DNA of 63,737 nt, counting the filler, from Globobulimina sp. (Eukaryota): the NCBI GenBank assembly GCA_003354225.1. It is 16 parts of 16 records of this genome, joined end to end, with 100 filler letters (N's around TTAATTAATTAA, not from the genome) between each part and the next. Parts side by side here need not be neighbours in the genome. Positions count along the whole stretch, not along the records: positions 7,991 to 11,885 come from PIVH01001920.1; positions 11,986 to 15,879 come from PIVH01001921.1; positions 15,980 to 19,871 come from PIVH01001922.1; positions 19,972 to 23,863 come from PIVH01001923.1; 12 more parts are not named here. One strand, 5' to 3'. Positions 10,045 through 20,192 of the stretch are shown in pieces. Both the position numbers and the translations under genes were made by a program. Position 1 is the stretch's first letter, and each line of letters starts with the position of its first letter. The notes under the pieces were generated by a model that did no database searches, had not been told where the DNA came from, and saw only the letters and a program-made list of their open reading frames with translations.

Positions 10045-10854
10045 ATGTTAGACGAAAATACACTGACAAATATTCGTGAAAGCGGGATCGTTCAGGGAAG
10101 TGAAACAGTTGCGGAAAGAAGCAAGGTTCTTAGCGAATCCTGCGGTTTCAGAATGGTGGAAAAGGCTGAATACGCATTGATTGCCAGCTGTTTTAATCCG
10201 TTTATGGAAACAGCGGATATGACATGTTTCCAGAAGCTTCTGGATTATTTTAAGATTGATTACACGCTTTTGCCTAAAGAATATTGCTGCGGCAATATAT
10301 TATTCCGCCAGGCCATTGATGAAAAAAACAATGCGGATATCGAAGCAGGCAATCAGGTCACACCGGAATTTTTTGAGAATAACCTGAAGCAGGCCCGATC
10401 CGCGGGAGCAGGAAAATTGATACTGTATTGTGCCGGATGCGATATGATCTATGAGCGATTCAAAAGCCAGGTCCCTGAAGACATATTATGGTATCCAACA
10501 CTTCTTGCCGAACATTTTAAAGGGGGGCGACTTGACCTGAAAGCGGATTATTATCCCGGCTGTCATTACTATCGCCGAAAGCTGAACAATACAACGCCGG
10601 ACCTGGATGCTGTGCTGAGCATTTTAAACCGTATAGACGGACTGGAACTGAATCATCTTAATCACAGGTTGTGCTGCTCAAAACCGAAACAATCTGAACT
10701 GCTTATTCCTGAAATAAAAAACAGGCTGATTATAACGCCCTGTACCGGGTGTTCGCTGTTCCTCAGACAGGCCCTTCAAGAAAAAGGCGGCTATCGTGTC
10801 GTGTTGCTGCCGGAGTTGCTGTGGGCATCTATCAGCGGTCAGGAGATAGATTAA
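10045..10854 (+). CDS. CCG-domain Fe-S protein (HdrB/HdrD/GlpC-like)
   Basis: EYCCG, YCAGC, YYPGCH, LCCS and TPCTGC motifs indicate two cysteine-rich CCG domains. Confidence 0.82.
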   Translation: MLDENTLTNIRESGIVQGSETVAERSKVLSESCGFRMVEKAEYALIASCFNPFMETADMTCFQKLLDYFKIDYTLLPKEYCCGNILFRQAIDEKNNADIEAGNQVTPEFFENNLKQARSAGAGKLILYCAGCDMIYERFKSQVPEDILWYPTLLAEHFKGGRLDLKADYYPGCHYYRRKLNNTTPDLDAVLSILNRIDGLELNHLNHRLCCSKPKQSELLIPEIKNRLIITPCTGCSLFLRQALQEKGGYRVVLLPELLWASISGQEID

Positions 10855-10984
10855 TAGCTGTTAAGCTGTTGAGCTATTAAGCTGTTAAGCTCTTAAGCTG
10901 ATAAGCAAAAAAATGATAACATCCGTATTTGGCTCAACAGCTTACCAGCTTACCAGCTCAACAGCTAAATAGCTAACAGCTATT
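10853..10984. repeat. Inverted pair of tandem octamer arrays (AGCTGTTA-type)
   Basis: AGCTGTTA AGCTGTTG AGCTATTA AGCTGTTA AGCTCTTA AGCTGATA, then GCTCAACA GCTTACCA GCTTACCA GCTCAACA GCTAAATA GCTAACA. Perfect 11-bp terminal IR AATAGCTGTTA/TAACAGCTATT. Fills the whole stop-to-stop gap. Confidence 0.92.
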
Positions 10985-11659
10985 TTATAACGGTTTTGCC
11001 TCATCCTCGAAATTGCCTGAAATTTCAGATAATTTTTCTATCAACTTCGGGGGATACTTTTCCCTGTACGTTTCCATTATCTCGGTAAGGGGGAGATCCG
11101 CATAATGACCGTAGTCGTGCAAATACTCCATGTGCCTGTTTCCTTTTGCATCATACTCATGAAAAAGGGAATCGGTTTTTCCGTCAAATTCAAGTGGTTT
11201 GATACTGAATTTCTCACATAGCGACAGGTTAAAGGCCGGTGTGGCCTTGACCCATTTCCCGTTCAGAAAAAACTCTGTATAACCGTGGTAATAAAACACT
11301 CCTGTTTCCATGGCTTCTCTGAGTTTATCCGTAGTGACATGGTTCTTCACAGCTGCGTAGCCGAGTCTGCTCGGAATACCGATGGCTCTTCCGCAGGCAG
11401 CCAGCAACAATGCCTTTGTCACACAGTATCCTTTCCTCACGTTGAGAATATAACTCGCCTTGATCAGTTGAGGATCAAGGTTGATATTATAAGGATCATA
11501 ATAAATATCATCACGGACGGCGTAAAAGATGTTTATCGCTTTTTCCATGTCACTTTCAGCATTTCCGGCGGCATTTTGTGAATAGTCTAAGACCGTCGGG
11601 TTATCGCTGTCTATAAAGCCTGTTGCTTCAAGATATTTGCCGAAATCGTTGTCTTCCAT
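10985..11659 (-). CDS. Transglutaminase-like family protein
   Basis: GYCVTKALLLAACGRAIGIPSRL, YHGYTEFFLNGKWVKATPAFN. GGAGGA Shine-Dalgarno. Confidence 0.9.
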   Translation of the reverse strand: MEDNDFGKYLEATGFIDSDNPTVLDYSQNAAGNAESDMEKAINIFYAVRDDIYYDPYNINLDPQLIKASYILNVRKGYCVTKALLLAACGRAIGIPSRLGYAAVKNHVTTDKLREAMETGVFYYHGYTEFFLNGKWVKATPAFNLSLCEKFSIKPLEFDGKTDSLFHEYDAKGNRHMEYLHDYGHYADLPLTEIMETYREKYPPKLIEKLSEISGNFEDEAKPL

Positions 11660-11985
11660 AAAATTCCTCCACCTCTTTTTTTACTGTGTATTATTGCATA
11701 TTTTTAATCCAAATCACAACACTATTGAACTTCATTCAGCAGTTCTCGATGAACAAGAAGTGTTTATCATTTCATTTTTTTGTGGTATTCATATCAAACA
11801 AATATAAAAAAATGAGATCCTGCATCCCTGCATCCAAAAATTACATTCCAAAAAGTCAGGATCTTCCCTTCTAATGCTCTCAATANNNNNNNNNNNNNNN
11901 NNNNNNNNNNNNNNNNNNNNNNNNNNNNNTTAATTAATTAANNNNNNNNNNNNNNNNNNNNNNNNNNNNNNNNNNNNNNNNNNNN

Positions 11986-12034
11986 TGTGCCTGCCTGCCT
12001 GTGCTTGCCCGTCTATGTATGTTTTTAAGCTCAT
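11986..12034 (-). CDS. Start of next phage gene, 3'-partial
   Basis: ATG 2 nt after the stop of 12037-13179; MSLKTYIDGQAQAGRH runs off the contig. Confidence 0.5.
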
Positions 12035-12036
12035 GT

Positions 12037-13179
12037 CTATACTTGACTTGGGTAATTGACATCTGAAACAATCAGCCCGTTAATTATTAATTTTATCAAA
12101 CCGTCCTCTAGATCTTCATATTCAGCTATCCCGTTTTCAATAATGGATATAGATCCGTTTATTGTTAATATTTGCGAAGCCTCAAAGAGTCGTTTAAGAT
12201 TGTTTGCATCAGTTCGGCTAAGTAAAAATTTTAGCCGCTTAGATGTTCTTGAGTTAACTAAATCTAATTGATTAAATCCTTCTTGATTACTGGAGGAGTC
12301 CTGAATCGACTCTTCCGTGACGTTAAAAATCGTAAATGGAGTTCCAAAAGTTTCAGTTTCAATACTCGCTCCGTCATCAAACGAGCAAAACAAAGTATTT
12401 AGATCTGTAAGTGCCAATGATGGTAACTGTACATCAATGTCTGTGTAAACATTCAATAATAATTTATGCAATGATTCACCGATAGAAGTGTCCTCGATTA
12501 CATCATATCTAAATATAGGCAATGAATTAACAGAAGGACCAATAAAAGTACTTAGATCTGATTTTAATTGTGTGATATTTTCAGGCGTATCATAAAACAC
12601 TATCGATTTGCCCTTGTGGTAAATAGCCTTTACTAGAATGTCTTGCGAGCCCTCACTTTTTTCATATAACTGCTCAAAAGGTATGTTTATATCAATTACA
12701 TCGTAATTAGAATAATAAGTCTGAGCATTAACAGTTAAAAAGTTCGATGTCGCCCCCTTTGGGGTGGCCCTATTTATTAGTGTTCTATTTGTTCTATAAG
12801 TAAATGCGATTTTCCATGTGTTTGTATGTCCTAATCTTTCAGGCGCCGTCCATACAAAATACTCAGGCGATCTTCTATCGACTACATGTCTTATATTCTG
12901 GGCCAAGTCTGTTATTACTATGTCAGGACATGACTGAAGGGACTCAACTTCGTTTAATTCGTTATTTTGGACATAAAACTCAACATAATAACCATTCCAT
13001 CTAGTTTCCTGAATGGTACGTGTAACACCATTGCTTACATCCGTAACAACAATAGGTAATATACTTGCCGGGTGTATTCTAGCGTTTTTAAATTTCTGAT
13101 TAGTGGTGTCCTGATCAGTAATTAGTCCGTTATGATCTACCCAGTCGCCATCAGAATCCCTATATGATATTTTTATCAT
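12037..13179 (-). CDS. Phage hypothetical (putative tail) protein with internal domain repetition
   Basis: 380-aa ORF downstream of tape measure. Two C-terminal segments end alike (LHKLLLNVYTDIDVQLPS / LIKLIINGLIVSDVNYPS). Confidence 0.6.
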   Translation of the reverse strand: MIKISYRDSDGDWVDHNGLITDQDTTNQKFKNARIHPASILPIVVTDVSNGVTRTIQETRWNGYYVEFYVQNNELNEVESLQSCPDIVITDLAQNIRHVVDRRSPEYFVWTAPERLGHTNTWKIAFTYRTNRTLINRATPKGATSNFLTVNAQTYYSNYDVIDINIPFEQLYEKSEGSQDILVKAIYHKGKSIVFYDTPENITQLKSDLSTFIGPSVNSLPIFRYDVIEDTSIGESLHKLLLNVYTDIDVQLPSLALTDLNTLFCSFDDGASIETETFGTPFTIFNVTEESIQDSSSNQEGFNQLDLVNSRTSKRLKFLLSRTDANNLKRLFEASQILTINGSISIIENGIAEYEDLEDGLIKLIINGLIVSDVNYPSQV

Positions 13180-13199
13180 GTTGCTGATTTACAAAAAAT

Positions 13200-13532
13200 T
13201 TACTTACTCAGTATGATGTTGTAGTCCTGACAAAATATAATTAAACTTCGCTCTGAAACCGTAATTAGATGTTTGCCTCTTATTTTTTTTACATCAAACT
13301 CGCCATTACATGCTATCTTGGTACTCCTAACTTCGATATTTATACTGTCTTTTGCAATCACATATGTTCCTGTCAATGTATTACATTTAGTCTTTCCAGA
13401 AAAAACCCCATTATCAAACACCAAAGTTAATTTATCATTTTGATAGCTTCCATTCGGGCCATTAAAGCAAGATTCTTGTTTCGAGCACCCAATAATTAAT
13501 AAAATAGATAATAATACAGCTAATTTTTTCAT
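13200..13532 (-). CDS. META-domain (HslJ-like) lipoprotein
   Basis: MKKLAVLLSILLIIGC lipobox; FSGKTKCNTLTGTY and STKIAC match META domain cysteine motifs. Likely start is ATG at 13532. Confidence 0.82.
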   Translation of the reverse strand: MKKLAVLLSILLIIGCSKQESCFNGPNGSYQNDKLTLVFDNGVFSGKTKCNTLTGTYVIAKDSINIEVRSTKIACNGEFDVKKIRGKHLITVSERSLIIFCQDYNIILSK

Positions 13533-13554
13533 GATTTTGTTTTTAAGTGTACAA

Positions 13555-13585
13555 CAAAGATATAACCATATTGACAGACATACAA
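13555..13585 (-). promoter_or_regulatory. Bacteroidota-type primary sigma promoter (-33/-7)
   Basis: Minus strand TTG-N20-TATCTTTG fits (T)TTG...TAnnTTTG, 22 nt upstream of the META ATG. Confidence 0.65.
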
Positions 13586-13594
13586 TGATATTTA

Positions 13595-15286
13595 TCATAA
13601 TTGTACTTTTAATTTCGCTTTACCTTCTTTTAAATTATGCCTTAATTCAATCGCCTCCGTTGATCCTATGGCTGCGATAATTTCCTGAGTCATATCAAAT
13701 AAATCCAACCTTACAGAGGGATTGTATTCAATATCTTCAATTTGATATAGTGGTTTTGGCTCAATGTCAAGCAAGGAACCAAAACCTATTTTAAGCCTAT
13801 TAGTCATATCTGCATCATCTCCATATCTAGATTTATTCACATAAGAAAAAATGTCAATTGACTGAAGGTTGTTGTTAATTATGCCTGCAGATACCTGAAC
13901 TAATCTTACGGCTCCTGTGTCTTCTGCTTCAATTAGCGAATAGTCACTTTTATTTATCTCTATTTTAGAGCTTTTTTGTAAAACTACATTGGTATTCAAA
14001 TCTACTAAATTTTCTCTTACTATTCGCTGCCCGTCTAACAGTAAGCTGCTTGAGAGATATGTAATATCAAATGCTGCAAACGGATCTCCTGACGGTATCC
14101 ATATACCAATAGCATCCTTAAATTTAAAATTTTCATAAGTCGGCAATGAATTTTCTTTTAATTTTCGTTGCTGTAAATTGCCCGTTATAGATGTCAAGTC
14201 TATTGTTCCAGACGTGCCTAATTCTGTCCGATGAATCAACTTTAGTGAACTTCCAGAGATATACCAAGTTAGATCAAAAGCGGCACGCATCCACTCCATA
14301 ACATCTGCAAATGATAAAGAGGCTGTATTACCAAATTCGCCAACCAACTCTGATGATTGGCATATGTGAAGTCTTTCTATATCAAACACAGGTGTCCATT
14401 GATGCCCCGTGTAGGTGACATCCGACGCCGTAAAACTTAACGAACTATCTATTTCGCTAATTAGTAGATTTATGACGTCAATCAAAGTTACTGCGTTTCT
14501 AGCAAATGTAGTAACTACGCTATAAACAGAGCCGACAACAGCAGGAAGTGTTACCCATAGCTTTGTTGTCGGGAAAAACCTATTGGCACCTATGTAGTAA
14601 TTGTTTATTATTATTTCTGTATAAATTTGAGAGTTTTCAGGTTCGGGCTTAAAGTCGACCCCGACTGTACGATACTGGTGTACATTATTTGCACCTGTAG
14701 CCACAAATATAAAATACTGCCAGCGTGTATCTTTTACGCCCCCAAGCGCGATAAATATATTCGGCTGTCCGTTTACCATGTAGTTATCTTGGTACGCAGC
14801 AGGTGTGTAAGGAGTGCTTGGAACTGAAAAAACGTCATAGGCGACTGTAGTTACAGTGTTCTGTAATACATATCTATCCGTAATAAAGTTAAATACGCTT
14901 ATCTTATTCCTTTCATTTCCAAATATATTGCTATAATTATCATCAGAGTTGCTAAATCCTGTTAATTTAATAAATCCCTGGTTTTCATCTGTCTCAGTAT
15001 CTACATTACAAATGCCCTTTATTATAGGCTCGTAAATTTTCGTTGAAAAATTCCATTGAGAAACCCTGTAATTTATCCAATTTTGAGAGTAATTTAAACC
15101 AAAGCCAATAATGCTATCATAGTCCTGACCAGTTAATTTTACCGATCCTTCTAGTGATATGATTTGTCTGGCTGGGCCCTCATCCGATCTTGTCTTAACA
15201 AAATCGGGCGCAGAGTCTTTTAAGTCAACCTCAATATAAGAAGGGCTTGCATTTAATTTGGCTACTTCAAACTTAAACTTTTTCAT
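13595..15286 (-). CDS. Phage tail-associated protein (hypothetical)
   Basis: 563-aa ORF translationally coupled to the tape measure gene. LSFADVMEWMRAAFDLTWYISGSSLKLIH resembles tail hub segments. Confidence 0.6.
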   Translation of the reverse strand: MKKFKFEVAKLNASPSYIEVDLKDSAPDFVKTRSDEGPARQIISLEGSVKLTGQDYDSIIGFGLNYSQNWINYRVSQWNFSTKIYEPIIKGICNVDTETDENQGFIKLTGFSNSDDNYSNIFGNERNKISVFNFITDRYVLQNTVTTVAYDVFSVPSTPYTPAAYQDNYMVNGQPNIFIALGGVKDTRWQYFIFVATGANNVHQYRTVGVDFKPEPENSQIYTEIIINNYYIGANRFFPTTKLWVTLPAVVGSVYSVVTTFARNAVTLIDVINLLISEIDSSLSFTASDVTYTGHQWTPVFDIERLHICQSSELVGEFGNTASLSFADVMEWMRAAFDLTWYISGSSLKLIHRTELGTSGTIDLTSITGNLQQRKLKENSLPTYENFKFKDAIGIWIPSGDPFAAFDITYLSSSLLLDGQRIVRENLVDLNTNVVLQKSSKIEINKSDYSLIEAEDTGAVRLVQVSAGIINNNLQSIDIFSYVNKSRYGDDADMTNRLKIGFGSLLDIEPKPLYQIEDIEYNPSVRLDLFDMTQEIIAAIGSTEAIELRHNLKEGKAKLKVQL

Positions 15287-15879
15287 TAACTTTTAGGTTT
15301 ATATTCTTCAATAGGGCTGCCGTCGGTTCTATATATTCTGTTCATCCCATCCTTGCCGGGGACGACCGAAACAACCTTATGCATCGCTGCTAACATTTTT
15401 TTGTTTGTACTGTTAGACGACTCAAGTAGTGCCGCTAAATTTGAGTTACTACCCGCCTCTAATCCTGTATCTATTAAGTTAGGTAAGTTGTCATTGTCAA
15501 TATTTCCAAGCATTTTATTTATTTTCGCAGGAACAACCCTCTCGCCTTTACTTAGCATTGCAGGTATTGAGTCACTTGTGCCAGTTCCAGGGCCTTGTAC
15601 ATATTCTGTACCCTCGGCAAATCCAGCAATTGACGACTTGATCCGACTAAATGTAATTTTAACCAAGCCTGCTAAAACGGCTGCTGTAGCTATACCCGCA
15701 AAAGACTTACTACCAATTTCATTTGCTGTTATTCTAGCAATAGACAAAAGGATAAATTTTTCTGTTATGTCTAGCGCGACCTTAAGTATAGATTTTCCAA
15801 ATGCTCTAAAACTAAGCTCACCTTTTGCGATCATTTCTCCTAAGAATTCGCCAGCCGTTGCAATACCGGATTCTAAAAT
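15286..15879 (-). CDS. Phage tail tape measure protein, C-terminal fragment
   Basis: Ala/Gly-rich helix followed by FAEGTEYVQGPGTGTSDSIPAMLSKGERVVPA, a typical TMP C-terminal motif. Frame open to the contig edge. Confidence 0.85.
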   Translation of the reverse strand: MLESGIATAGEFLGEMIAKGELSFRAFGKSILKVALDITEKFILLSIARITANEIGSKSFAGIATAAVLAGLVKITFSRIKSSIAGFAEGTEYVQGPGTGTSDSIPAMLSKGERVVPAKINKMLGNIDNDNLPNLIDTGLEAGSNSNLAALLESSNSTNKKMLAAMHKVVSVVPGKDGMNRIYRTDGSPIEEYKPKS

Positions 15880-16627
15880 NNNNNNNNNNNNNNNNNNNNN
15901 NNNNNNNNNNNNNNNNNNNNNNNTTAATTAATTAANNNNNNNNNNNNNNNNNNNNNNNNNNNNNNNNNNNNNNNNNNNNAAACATTCTCATATTGATCAA
16001 ACAATCAATAAATCCGAATAAAACACAGGATATTTTTGTCAAAAAGAAAATATATCAAACACACATACAAATAAATTGAAGTCATCCACACAAATCTTAG
16101 ATACACAAACAAGAAATTTATCCTATTACATACAACATGACATCATAGGAATTTGGTACAATGATAAAAATTTAACAGATTTGCAATATACAAATACTGC
16201 AAAAGGAACACAACAAAATGATAAGTAAATTATTATTACAAATCGTATAAAGTAATAAAAACAAATCAGATAAGTTTCAGCAGAAAAATAAATAGTTGTG
16301 ATTTATGCTTTTCAGAACTCGCATGAATCTGTGTGTACTCAACACAGAAGTGATACGACATACACTGAATATTAAGATAGAGAATTATTTCTATGTTACT
16401 AGCGGTTGCTTATGAAAGGTAAGAGGAGGATTAGATCACTTCAAAAAAAGTTTTTTATAATATTTCTTTACCTAATTATAATTCAATTGATAATCAAAAA
16501 AAAGAACTTGGAATAAGTACGTAATTTAGAATAAAATAATACACGATTTCAGCTTCAAAAAAAAACACAATACAACTATAAAATTTAGAAATAGAAAAGC
16601 CATCGTCTTGAAAGCATTATTTACCAA

Positions 16628-18098
16628 TCACTGATCCATTGATTGTATAATGACGGATCTGGGCGATTTTATATCTGTATTTGATGTATTTTGATTCAGT
16701 TTCTTTAACATTTTCCTTAATTCTCTTTTATGAGATTCCACCTCTTTTTCTAAATTCTTATTTTCTACTTTATGAACTTCCGTTTCTTTTGCTTTTCTCT
16801 CATATAAAATCAACAAATTATCTTTCTCTTTATTTGCATTTTTTAATTTTCTTTTAATTTTTGAATTTTTCAATTTTAAATCAGTTTCTTTCTTCTTTTC
16901 CTCATTTAATAAGTTTTTTAATTTCAATATATCTCCATCATATTTTGCATTTAAATTATTTATTATTTCCAAAGATTCTCTTTCCATTTCTTTAATTTTT
17001 GAATCACAATCATTTAATTGTTGTGTTAACGAATTGTTTTCTTGTTTAATTTCAGTTATTTCCGTTTCAAATCCATTTGTCTGTTTATTTAATTCAGTTT
17101 CCATTTCCTCAATTTTTGTTTGATATTTTTTATCTTTTTCTTTCATTTCATTTTGTTGATTTTCATTGATTTCTAATAAATCATTTGTTTCTTTTTTATG
17201 TTGATTTTCGGAGTTATAATGTTCAGAAATTAATACATTTTTTTGTTTCTGTATTTCGTCGTTGTCCCTAATTAATTGTTCAATTTCTGCTTGTTTTATA
17301 CTTAACGTTTCTGTTAATTTATGTATTTCATTTTCTTTTTCTTCATTAATCACATTCAATTTGTCCGATATCAGATTTTTTTGTTTCTGCATTTCGTTGT
17401 TTTCCGCAATTAACTGTTCAATTTCTGCTTGTTTTATATTTAACGTTTCTGTTAATTTCTGACAATTATTTATCTCATTTTCTTTTTCTTTATCAACGAC
17501 ATTCAATTTGTTTGATATCTCATTTTTTTGTATTTCCAATGCATCAATTTTTGCTTTGTATTCTTGATTTTCTTTTTTTATTTCATTCAATTCATTGATA
17601 TCAATCATTTTATTGTCACTCATTTCCTTTTGTTTGGTGTCATCATCGTCGACAATATCATTTATTTGTGAACATTTAGAATTACTCAGTTTTTGTCTCA
17701 GTTTTGCTGTTTCAATATTTAAAATGTTGACTTCTGCTTTAAATGCAGATAATTTATTTAATAATTCTTTTGGAGATATTATTTTTATGATGGTTGTGAT
17801 CGGTAAAATGATACCATGCTTTGGTCTGCATTTAAAATATATCATATTGTCATATGTGCCATTGTGACCATTTGCAATTTCATCTGGTAGTTCAAGACCA
17901 ACATATAATGTATTTTTATTATTAATATCTGTATTCCAATGAACCGACCCGATATACATTACTGTTGCGATGGTCTTTTGTAACAATACCACATCACCAA
18001 CCTATCAAACAACACAAATTATCGTAGAATCTAATTATAAACACTACAATGTATATAAAGTACACCTTTGGAAGTATTGGTTGGAAAAAATCAGCCAT
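16628..18098 (-). CDS. CAP-Gly domain + coiled-coil protein; intron 18002-18065
   Basis: Exon 1 MADFFQPILPK spliced via a 64-nt GT-AG intron to VGDVV...YVGLEL...GHNGTYDNMIYFKCRPKHG. Long coiled coil with a 41-44 aa tandem duplication at about 17230-17530. Confidence 0.87.
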
Positions 18099-18447
18099 GT
18101 TTATTGTCCTCAAAACACACAAAAACTCCAAATGGCTTAATTCCATGAAATCATTTCCAAAATTTAAGCAGTATTTGTGGAACTGTGTGAATTATGAAAT
18201 TAAAATTATTATAAAATTGTAAAAAAAATAAACAGTCAAATCATTGTATAGTAGTTTGTACATGCTCTTATTATATAATTTATTACTGGATACTTTGTGA
18301 GTATCTGATATTACAAATGGATTATGGTGCTGTATTTGATGTCATTATTTAAAATATATCCACTTTTTCACAGCGACATACTTTCCAACCTTAGTACCTC
18401 CACCTACACTTTTTTTAAAAAACTGCATTATTTTCTCTCTATAATAC

Positions 18448-19341
18448 ATGGGTCAACAAACCTCCATAGCATACACCTTCTGTTGCACCGCCTGCTCGGC
18501 GTGTCCCTGTTGCACACACACAGGTTACGACAAATTGGATAAACTTGGACTTATGAAGTTAAATCAACATAATCCTCGTTGCCATACATATACACCACAA
18601 CAAACAAATGATTATAGCAACAGTCAAGGAGTGGATTATCAGTCGAATGGACTCTATGACAATGATAATAAAATTGATGATAACAATATAGGCAAAAAAC
18701 ACAAACACGCAGACGAAAGAACCAAATTTCGCGCCTTTATCATTGCCTATAACAAACAGTACGGATATTTATTATTACGTTGTTATAAAAAAGGCAAAGA
18801 TTTACATTATCAATTACCCGGTGGCCACATTGACAAATCTGAATTGCACGCATGTTCCTTTGAGGAGGCTGCCAAAGTCGCAGCAAAAAGGGAGTTATTT
18901 GAGGAAACTGGCTTAGATGTCGACGATTCAAGGCTGAAATTCTTAAAATTAGGCATTAAAAACAGGGTTTATTTTCAATTATTATTACACGAAACTGACT
19001 CATTAAAAGTGGATGATACTACCTCAAAATCATTGGATGAGGCACAAGATTTCTATTTGCAACTATCCAGCGAACATAATGGCTTTCAATTTGAGAAAGA
19101 CATAAATTGCGCCATTCAAATGATTCAGAAACATTCTGGCGGGAAAAATAGCGATGCTTTGACCAAATATGCAAAAAAAGCAAAGCATGAAAAAAAACAT
19201 TCTCTTTCGCAGTCTCACGAGTCACATTCAGACACACTCTCAAATTCTATGGATAAAAATAAGAAAAAGAAAGGGAAAAAACATAAAAAAAAGAAAAAAA
19301 AACAGAAAAATGATTTGAAATCTGCAGAAACTGAAATATAG
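18448..19341 (+). CDS. Nudix hydrolase with Cys-rich N-terminus and Lys-rich tail
   Basis: LPGGHIDKSE...AAKRELFEETGL Nudix box; SEH motif. Confidence 0.88.
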   Translation: MGQQTSIAYTFCCTACSACPCCTHTGYDKLDKLGLMKLNQHNPRCHTYTPQQTNDYSNSQGVDYQSNGLYDNDNKIDDNNIGKKHKHADERTKFRAFIIAYNKQYGYLLLRCYKKGKDLHYQLPGGHIDKSELHACSFEEAAKVAAKRELFEETGLDVDDSRLKFLKLGIKNRVYFQLLLHETDSLKVDDTTSKSLDEAQDFYLQLSSEHNGFQFEKDINCAIQMIQKHSGGKNSDALTKYAKKAKHEKKHSLSQSHESHSDTLSNSMDKNKKKKGKKHKKKKKKQKNDLKSAETEI

Positions 19342-19971
19342 CTTGCAATCATAAACATATTGTTATCATATTATCATTTTTGAATATACGGGAATGAATT
19401 CAATGAAATGACTAAACTTTTGCATGGGGCGACATGCTTTGAAATTAAATGATCTTTTTTTTTAATTAATAATAGGGACATTTCGTGTGAGTTTATTTGT
19501 ATTTGGGTTTGGGTTAAATTGTTTTTGCTCGATCTCCCATTCATGTTAAAAACTCACATTATTTTTTCAGTTGATTTTGTTTTTTCTTTTCATATATTTT
19601 TAACCTTTTTTTAATTTTTCTTTATTAAATGTATGCATTTTTTTATGTTGTATTGATTAAAATTCATTAAAAAGCTGTAATTTAATTCATTTATATATGA
19701 CTGTCCTTCCATGTTTTCAAGTTTTGTTTTTTTTCTGATACTTTTTTTTTCTGTCCGTACAATATTTGTGTGCAAGGATAATAATATTAGTTCTTCGCCG
19801 TGCGGTGTTTTTCGATAATTTCCATTTGAATCATGGCAAATATCACGACAATAACTCGATTCAGTTTTGAANNNNNNNNNNNNNNNNNNNNNNNNNNNNN
19901 NNNNNNNNNNNNNNNTTAATTAATTAANNNNNNNNNNNNNNNNNNNNNNNNNNNNNNNNNNNNNNNNNNNN

Positions 19972-20132
19972 ATAAGTTGTACCCAATCTTCGCCTGACGC
20001 TTTAATCCAAGGTAATTGTGGTGGTTCCATGTGATTTAGTTCATGCTTCATGTCTTTTAAGTCTTTGTTTTGATCATCATATCTTGTCTTCATTTTTCGT
20101 TTCAACAAAGTTCCAAAGTTAAAGTTTGACAT
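19972..20132 (-). CDS. Hypothetical protein, 3'-partial
   Basis: ATG-initiated frame running off the contig, divergent from 20193. Confidence 0.4.
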
Positions 20133-20192
20133 GAAATCATTTTAAATTAAAAACTGCTTCAAAAACCTCAGTCAATACTGTTAGTTTTTACC

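Larger units (their letters stand above)
11986..15879 (-). mobile_element. Tailed phage/prophage tail module, probably Bacteroidota host
   Basis: Co-oriented, tightly packed intronless ORFs led by a tape-measure C-terminus. TAATG stop/start overlap at 15286, no evident SD sequences, Bacteroidota-type promoter. Confidence 0.78.

Noticed and set aside
8901-10984. CRISPR array
   Set aside because: Repeats are 8-nt tandem units or REP pairs without unique 30-40 nt spacers; no cas genes seen.
7891-15979. Bacterial and phage genes beside eukaryotic genes as an HGT island or integrated prophage
   Set aside because: They are separated by spacers, so there is no physical linkage.
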